DNA of 64,000 bases from the human T2T-CHM13v2.0 reference genome, Homo sapiens: assembly GCF_009914755.1 (NCBI RefSeq), contig NC_060937.1; one strand, given 5' to 3'. Made by a program: the position numbers and the translations under genes. Numbering within the stretch: position 1 is the stretch's first letter; the number at the start of each line of letters is the position of its first letter. Below, one piece after another: positions 57,490 to 64,000 of the stretch. The notes beneath the pieces were generated by a model. That model was not told where the DNA came from. It searched no databases and saw only the letters and a program-made list of their open reading frames with translations.

Positions 57490-60400
57490 AGTACTCAAGT
57501 TTCTTAACAACACCAAGCCTCAAAAATACAAGCTAATGCTGAGTATTGAAAAAGATAGAAACTTGACTGATTCATTAAATAAAACAAATATTTGATTAAG
57601 ATAGCACATCCACAAAAGAACTGATTAAACCAATATAGTGTAAATAATATTTACTGAATTTAACAGCACATTTAAAAATCATTCACTACAAAAGATTTAT
57701 CCCAAATGCAATGATAGTTTTATATCAGGACATCTATTAATATAATTCATAATATCACTATCCCCACTAAAAACAAAGCAGTTTATGTAAGAGCTATAAC
57801 TACTATAAATAAAAAAGCAAATTAGAATTTGAATCAAAATGACTATGTAATTGGAAATTTCAAGAGAATAAACTAAATTCTCAGCAATAAGGAATGCAAG
57901 ATAATAGAAAGACACAAAATAATATAAAATATCAATACATCATTTAGAAATAATATTCAGTTAAAAGGTAAAATAGAAAACATTTCTATGGCAATAGCAA
58001 TGAAAAATCTTAAATTAGCTAAAAATAACTCTGATGAGAAATGTGCAGGAGCCATTGAAGTAAACTATAAAGTTTTATTAGGAAAGATAAAAAAGATTTA
58101 AGTAAATGGAGAAACATGATTTTCTGCATAGGAAAAAATGTTATTCTTTTAAATACTTTATGGTTGTAATTGATTCTAATAAGAATTATAAAAGGGTTTC
58201 AAAATTTGTAAAATGATTATTGTACACATGTGGGAGAGAGTATGATGAAAGCATAGCTTAGGAAAATTGGGGGGAAAAAACTTGTTTCTGACCCCTGTCA
58301 ACATTTTCTGCATTTATAACAATTCTAACATAGTGGTTTGGTATGAGAATTAGAAAATTAATAAATGGAATAAACTTTATAGCTTTAAACAAATGATAGC
58401 ATATAAATAAGGGAGACTGTATTCACAGTGGCTGGTTTATGCAGTACTAACATTAACCCCGAAACCCCATGGATTAAGATGAAAAGGTTTATTACTTGCT
58501 CAGCTATGTTTCCTTAGGGACAACAGGGAACTTTGCTCCACACAGTCACTCAGGATCCCAGCCTGATGTAGGTTCCACCAATCTGTGACTGTATGATCTG
58601 AAATATCCCCAGTCACTGACAGAGTGGAGAGAAGAACAGGAGGGTCCCACTGTAGCTCCTGAACACTTCTATTCAGAAGTAATGTGTATCACTTCCATTT
58701 CAACCAGTCATACACCCTCACCACATTGCACAAGAGTGGAAAAGAAGAGCAGAACAAGTGCTCATTAGTGAGAATGAGTAATTTCTACTCCACCTGCATT
58801 GTCATAATAATGTACATACTAACTATTGGCTTAACCAGCACATATAATATGATAGCAGAAGTGTGGGTGGGGCAAAGCTGGGGAAGTACAGAAATGCTAA
58901 ATTCTCATTTACTATAATAAGAGGCCAATAAAATGAGTACATCAAGTAATAGCAGTTATAAGCACATTATTTTTGAAATATGGAGACAAATATCAGAAGA
59001 AACCGTTAAAGGTTGAAAGTGATTCCCTATGGGGATAAGGTAAAATGAGTAGATGGCATGCAGGGGATGGCTGTAAAGATTTTATGTTAAAAATTATTTG
59101 AAGTTTGGTTAAGTGCCTGTATCACTTTGATAAAACTAAAAATTAAAGTGAGAAAGGGATAGAGTTATTTCGAGTTGGGAGCATGATAAACACATTTTGA
59201 TTCTAATGTCATATAATGCATTAAGTAAATTCCAGTGAGATTTGAGTTAAATGTAAAATATATAACTATCAATGTAAAGGAAAATAAGTATTAAATAGAT
59301 CCTGCAATGAGGAGAAACATTCAGACATAAAACTTTGAGCAAAATAATGAAAAGACAGATATATAACCTGACTATAGAAAATTATACAAAAACACAGTAA
59401 TTTAAAAGACAAAAATCGAGAATGTATTTACAACATATTTATGTAAATATATTTCTTATTATATAATTTTAAAACTCATTATGAAGGATAAATATCCCTT
59501 CAGAAAAATGTTCAGGGATCTCAAGTAGGTAACTTCCAGGAGAAGACGTATTAACAAGACATGTATGAAAAATTTGAAACTCACTTGTAAATAATGAATA
59601 TTAATACTATTTTCACCATTCAAGTTGAAAAATATTGACAAGACTGCTTAATGCTAGAACAAATGTAGTGAGATAAGAACTTCCATATATGATTGCTTAG
59701 TGAAAACTGTAAATTTTTTTTCAGGAACATTATCAGCATTTATCAAGAGCCTTAAAATAATTTACTTCAAAGATCCTGGTTAAAGATAGTGGAATAAGGC
59801 TGAATAACAACATCTCTTTTTTTGTGCTTTCAGACAAAAATACTCATTATTTGTCATTTAAAAATAAAACAATGCTTTGTATACTAAGCTTTGAAAGAGG
59901 TGAATCTAAATGACTGTAGCATAGATGGGGGAAACTCTTACACCCTGCCCTCAAATAGGCACACAGTTTCAGAGGGGGAAAATAAAAAGAAATAAATAGA
60001 CAAAATCTTAAGAATTTTCAAGGATATAACTGAATTTGGAAAAAAGTAGGCCACAAATACAAACAAATTATCAACAGGTGTTTAGTCCTCTAAACAAACA
60101 ACAAACAACCAAATTAAAATAACATGAATCAGTTCAATAAAATGAGACTATTAAGGCAAAGCAATAAATTATTAAATTAGATGAAAGTGTTCATTGAATG
60201 GGATGAAAATGTATGTTAAAGAGCCCAGGCAATAAAATGAGAACCAAACTGATACTAGTATCATAAACAAAATAGAAAAAGCAAGGAACTAATGACAATA
60301 TATGTTGAATAAATAGACAATTGGATACTGGCTGATGTAGGGAATGTCTGAAGATAATCACAGTGAATGCAGAGAAAAATGCCAAAACCATTATGTTAAT

Positions 60401-60900
60401 TACAGAAGATGGTGGCAATGGAGGACACACAAATATCCATTGTAAAAATAAACGACTTATTTCTAAAGTAGAAAACTTTACAATTGGAAAAAAGAACACA
60501 TTCCTAGACATGTAAATTCCCTGAAATGAAGGAAGAATTGGATCTACATGTCAGTTACACCTTCATTTAGAAAAACTTTAAAGACTTTTGTTTCAACTAT
60601 TGAACTTCAAGAATAAGCAATAATTTTTTAGGATTAAAAAAATCCCCAAAAATGGGAGCAAGAATTGAACTGGTTTCAATTTCTACATAGCAACACTCAA
60701 TGGTGAAAGATAATGTGGGAATGTCCACAGCATTCCAAAGGGAAGAAAGTTGGATCTAAAAAAGTTGCATTATATGCACATGTTTTTCAATTTCAAGGAA
60801 ACTTAAAGCTAATCTTAAAAACGAATGAGTCAATAATTCAAATTCCAGCCCCTTATCTTGAAGTAATTGGAGCTATTCATAATCTCATAGGGTAATTTAC
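57490..60900 (+). mobile_element. Degraded L1M/L1ME fragments with an MLT1K-like LTR at about 58430-58790
   Basis: ORF2 remnants (gatttatcccaaatgcaatgatagttt; aagatttaagtaaatggagaaacat). MLT1-like ctttgctccacacagtcactcaggatcccagcctgatg. Confidence 0.5.
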
Positions 60901-61784
60901 AGCAGAGATAAAGTTAGATGTGGTTGGCAGTTAATATTATTGAAACACAAAAGTCATTTTCAAGCATAGGTAAAAGGTAGGAGATTAAGCATGCATCTAG
61001 GATGATCCCAGGTTTACAAAATATTTTTATGAAGTCTGGAGTGAAATATTGCAAATATTAGTGGTTATGCCTGCTGGAATGGGAAGTGAAGCTTAGTATG
61101 GTGATTTCAAAATTTCTTCATTATGTATATTTTCATTTTAAAATGTCTACGATGAATATGAGTAAAAATTATAAAAATTCAAGTATTCAATCAAAACTTG
61201 GATGCAAGTAGTCCTATTTGTATATTCAAGATGTAACACTAGATTTTAAATTCAAAGATTGGCATGGGTGACTCCCCAATGATTTTAACCTTCAACAAAT
61301 ATGTACTAAATATTTCTAGTCCTGTGGTAGGTTCTAGGCCTATAAGATGGATCTTTTCTCTTTAGTGTGCTTCATTTGGGGAGGAACACAAGTATAAATA
61401 GTAATTACCAGAAAATACAGTAAATACATAATAGAAGTAGGTATGAGGTGCGGTGGGTTACCAGAGAGAGTCTTTCATCTAGGTCATCTTTCATCTAGAT
61501 GACCCGTGCAGCATGCTCCTGGCTTGCAACTCATCAATTTTCCTTTACAAATCAGGGAGGAAGATCGTTCACAATTGCAAAATATTCATGTAACTCCTCT
61601 GTTTAAATTTTAGCTGTTTCTGATTAAAGCTTGAAAATGACCTCCTACTGAATAAGACCCTCTGTAATCTCTACACCCTATAAACCTCTCCATGCAACTC
61701 TCTTGCCTGTTGTTTCTCACTCAGACTGTACTCGAGCATATTGCCTGTTTTTCTTTCTTTTTTTTTTGGTTCCCTGAATGTGCC

Positions 61785-62250
61785 CATAGTGGGCTGAATG
61801 GTGACACTCCCTGTAGCCCTGCAGCTGCCAAAAAGAATAAAAAATAAGTGCACCTGACCTTATTTGGAAAAAAGTCTTTACAGATGTAATTAAGAATCTT
61901 AAGAGGAGACCATCCTGGGTGAGGATGGACTGTAAATCCAATGAGAAGTGTTCTTATAAGAGAAAGGAAGGGAGGGAAGAAAACATAAGAGGAGAAGGTG
62001 ATGTGAAGATGGAGGTAGAAATTGGAGTGAAGCATCTGCAAGAAAAGGAACTCCAGGGATTGCCAGCAGCCACCAGAAGCTACAAGACGCATGGAATGAA
62101 TTCTCCCTCGGAGCCTCTAGAAGGAACCCACACTTCTGACGCCTTGATTTCTGACTTATGGCCTCCATAATTATGAGGGGATACATTTCTATCATTTTAA
62201 ACCACTAGGTTCATGGTAATTTGTTGTGGGAACCCTAAGAAACAAATACA
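61785..62250 (+). mobile_element. MLT1C-like MaLR solo LTR
   Basis: gtgggctgaatggtg...tgaccttatttggaaaaaagtctttacagatgtaatt...gccagcagccaccagaagct...ccctaagaaacaaataca. Confidence 0.9.
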
Positions 62251-62781
62251 GTGAAGTTACATCATTTTGCCTCAGGGGAAAAGGATAGACTTAGTTCCCT
62301 TCTCATTATTCTTTGCTCAGTTAAACTCTCTCATCTTTCATATATCAGCTTGTTATTTCTTCTGGAAAGACTTCCCTGCGTCCCAGACTGTTACATCTTC
62401 CATGGTATCCTATAGATCCTCGATGAAGAAACTCACCCATTTTATACAATTATTCTTTTGATGCCTCACCTTGTGTGTATGTTCCTTGTTTATTTCAGTA
62501 TCCTGTAGAAACTAGTAAAGTGCTTGGCACATAGACACTTAATAAATATTTATTGCTTCACAGAGAGGAGAGGGGATGGCATTTGAAAAAGTTAGCAGGA
62601 TTTAGCTAGGAGCAAAATGGGATTCTATAGAAGAAAGGGATCTTGTAAAGATATGCAGGAATGAACACTTATGGTCCAATGAGAAAATGAGTTTAGAATA
62701 AACTATCTGGAGAGTTGGGGGAAGACAAGAATATAACATTCATTTGGGTCAGAGTATGAAGGGCTGGGTCTCCCATGCTAA

Positions 62782-63064
<283 letters not shown>

Positions 63065-63309
63065 AGCACGTTGTCTTTAAGGCCAGGACTTAGGAACTCG
63101 AGTTCTTATAGATGGTATTAAAGAGTGAAGTGTACAAAGTACTTCATTTTCTTCTTAATTATGCTCTGAGAACAAACAACCATAATAAACACCATAATAA
63201 ATAGCATCTGACTGGGAGGACACAAGAGAGTCATGGAAAGTGCGGTAACCCAGGAAGCATGTGCTCTGTTTATAGGCAGCAGGATTTTCAGCTTCTGCTT
63301 ATTGTTTCC

Positions 63310-63520
63310 TTGTGGGAACATGGGCACAGTGTTGTCAGATATTATAATTTTTTTGCAAAAGAATCCACAAACCTAAAATTTTATATAAAAAGAACTGGCT
63401 TGTAAATTTGGACAACCATTTCATTTTTAAAAAAGACTGTGCATACCCATGCTGAGAGGACCTAACAAAATGTATCTGTAAACTGAATATAATTTGAGAA
63501 ACACAAGTTTGTGACCCCTT
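63310..63520. mobile_element. MER103-like hAT remnant
   Basis: cagtgttgtcagatatt...aacaaaatgtatctgt...aagtttgtgacccct. Confidence 0.45.
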
Positions 63521-64000
63521 TTAATCAATTGGAAGAATAAATATCTATGAAGAAACTTCACTAATATTCTCTGTCTGGGTCTATGTCGGTCTGGCCACTC
63601 ATCAAAGGGTTGGAAAGCAATGATATGTGATTAATAACAAAATTGTGATATAACGTGAATGGCATTCTATCTTTGATGATTCAGAAGGCATTTTAGGGTC
63701 TTGTGAGGCTCCAGAGTTAAACTGATGATAACCAATTTTGGTTGTGTTATAGAACAGAAGTGCTCTTGCTCTCAGTATAAAATGTGAATTAATAGAATGC
63801 AATAACATTAATTTTTTATTCACGAATTCAAAAATACATTTAGTGAGTGCATTCTGAATGCCAAGCACAGGAGAGAGCACTGACAAATATAGCAAAAATC
63901 TCCGCCCTCAAAGGACCTTTCATTTGATACACTTTTCTAAATGGATGGAGTCATCATTTCTATATACTTCACCACACAGTCACATGCTTTAAAATAGCAT

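Overview
AT-rich hominoid-primate genomic DNA, probably human (AluY, AluS, AluJ, L1PA3, THE1, MER1B and MADE1 are all present). It reads as intronic or intergenic sequence dominated by interspersed repeats. I found no CpG island, no recognisable cellular protein-coding exon and no RNA gene. The only ORFs I recognise as real protein sequence are disrupted L1 ORF1/ORF2 fragments at 33.6-37.3 kb. Several strong splice-site pairs suggest spliced non-coding transcription, but I cannot name a gene. I do not see a clearly new biological system. The strongest leads are: (1) a 2.4-kb non-repeat block flanked by a 21/28-bp direct repeat with ATTAAA and an A-run, which looks like an orphan retrotransposed RNA; (2) five same-strand CCAAT boxes spaced 42/46/42/46 bp next to an RFX-like X-box; (3) three separate 5'-inverted (twin-primed) L1PA insertions within 19 kb, two of them apparent L1PA3 siblings; (4) a perfect nuclear-receptor DR1 and a tandem STAT GAS palindrome inside old LTR-like sequence; (5) several templated-insertion or template-switch scars. 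Repeat subfamily calls come from my recall of consensus sequences, and boundaries of old elements are approximate.
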